Below, in pieces: positions 62,723 to 64,000 of a DNA stretch of 64,000 nt (position 1 is its first letter; each line of letters opens with the position of its first letter). The stretch spans positions 62,496,001-62,560,000 of the forward strand of contig NC_043005.1 in assembly GCF_006345805.1 (NCBI RefSeq). The letters run 5' to 3'. Below the pieces are notes generated by a model that was given only the letters and a program-made list of their open reading frames with translations, was not told where the DNA came from and searched no databases. The position numbers were made by a program, and so were the translations under genes. The DNA comes from Octopus sinensis (taxonomy: Eukaryota).

Positions 62723-64000
62723 GATTAAGCATATGAGGAAGAATAATTAAGTCCTAATCCAACACATTCTCCTGTACATAATGATTCTCACAAATTTATT
62801 CTGACCATGTCGTTTCATTGAAATATTATCACAATGATGGTGTTCTACTATATGTAGGATTGTATGATGGTAGATTAAGAAAACCTATCTGAGTAATAAA
62901 ACAATTGTCATACAAAACCATCACATACAGTTACCAGACAGCAAGTTCATAAGTGAACTAAAGCAATATTCTGTTGAGTTGATAAATCAAGAATGAGACT
63001 TTTGGTTATCAATTGAATTCACATAAAATCTATAAATACTCATATTTTCACCACAGGATTTATAAATGTTTTAGAGTGAATTATATATAAAGATATATGC
63101 AAAAACAAAGTTTCAGAATAAGGAAAAGAGTTCTTCCATTTGTATACTCAAGCAAGCATATCTGTTTTTGTAATATGTGTTCCATATTTTTGTGAATGCA
63201 TGTGTGCTTAATGTGCTTTTGTCACTTTTTAAGCTAATATGAAAAAACTGAATCGAAAAGCATTTGTTTTAAATGTTTTATAATTTAAGGTTTCAGTATC
63301 ATTTTTATCATTATATGTCATGATGATTTTCTAAGATATAAATTAACATTTTCAGATTTGAAATTATTTAAAAACAAAATTAAATCATTCCAAAGAATTG
63401 AGTTATGTACACAAAGTTTAAAGTTAAAAAGTAATGATATTTCTTGTTGCACATTATCTAATTTATAACCATAATTACAGTAGTCGTTAAATGAAGTTTG
63501 GAAATTAATTAATATTTAATTCAACTATATTCAGTAGAACATTTGTTAAGAATTATTGTCTGGAGATTTTTAGTACAATATTGTAGAAAAGTACATCGTT
63601 TTTATCTATTCATTTTTGGACAGCTACAAATAGACATACAAGGAGGAGGAGAATCATATTAATATAGGATGTAATGAAACAGTTTGATATAGTGCTGCGA
63701 CTCATCAGAAATGTATAAGATTTAGGATATCAGCATTTGTTATAGTCAGCTGGAGTTGATAAGCATATACCAGATAAAATGTTGAGATTTTCAAGTGAAA
63801 GCATATGTATTATTTTTCCTTTTATATTTGGAAACAAAGTGAGCATATTATCATTTAGAAGGAATTGATGATGAACATTACAATTAAGTTTTGTATCATG
63901 TTATTCTTTTACTGATTTCGATCATTGTACTATGATGATTTGGGGACACCAACATCTTCAAGAGTCTAGTCAATCATATTGAATCCAGGAATACCTTTAT

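Overview
This is eukaryotic, very AT-rich, microsatellite-dense DNA. I infer it is coleoid cephalopod, most likely Octopus, from the SINE families and LINE remnants. It looks like intronic or intergenic sequence of a large-intron locus. Nearly every ORF in the supplied track is an artefact of microsatellites or decayed transposons. The well-supported content is mobile DNA: a young, structurally complete non-autonomous Helitron (3259-3642), two mariner remnants (one with both TIRs and TA duplications), several RLE-type (Dong/R4-like), Tx1/L1-like and RTE-like LINE fragments, and many copies of at least three SINE families. A mostly A-rich + strand and several phase-compatible exon candidates (best: 57707-57799 and 54151-54227) suggest an unidentified minus-strand gene, which I cannot name. 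I found no rRNA, tRNA gene, CRISPR array or prokaryotic system, and I cannot demonstrate a novel biological system from sequence alone. The most unusual observations are a diverged array that keeps an exact 20-bp period, close inverted SINE pairs (possible ADAR substrates), a 17-bp hairpin at a mariner deletion junction, 49-bp direct repeats headed by a 16-bp palindrome, a 105-nt internal duplication with codon-like divergence, and a dense cluster of exon-like units. Repeat boundaries were read by eye and are approximate.
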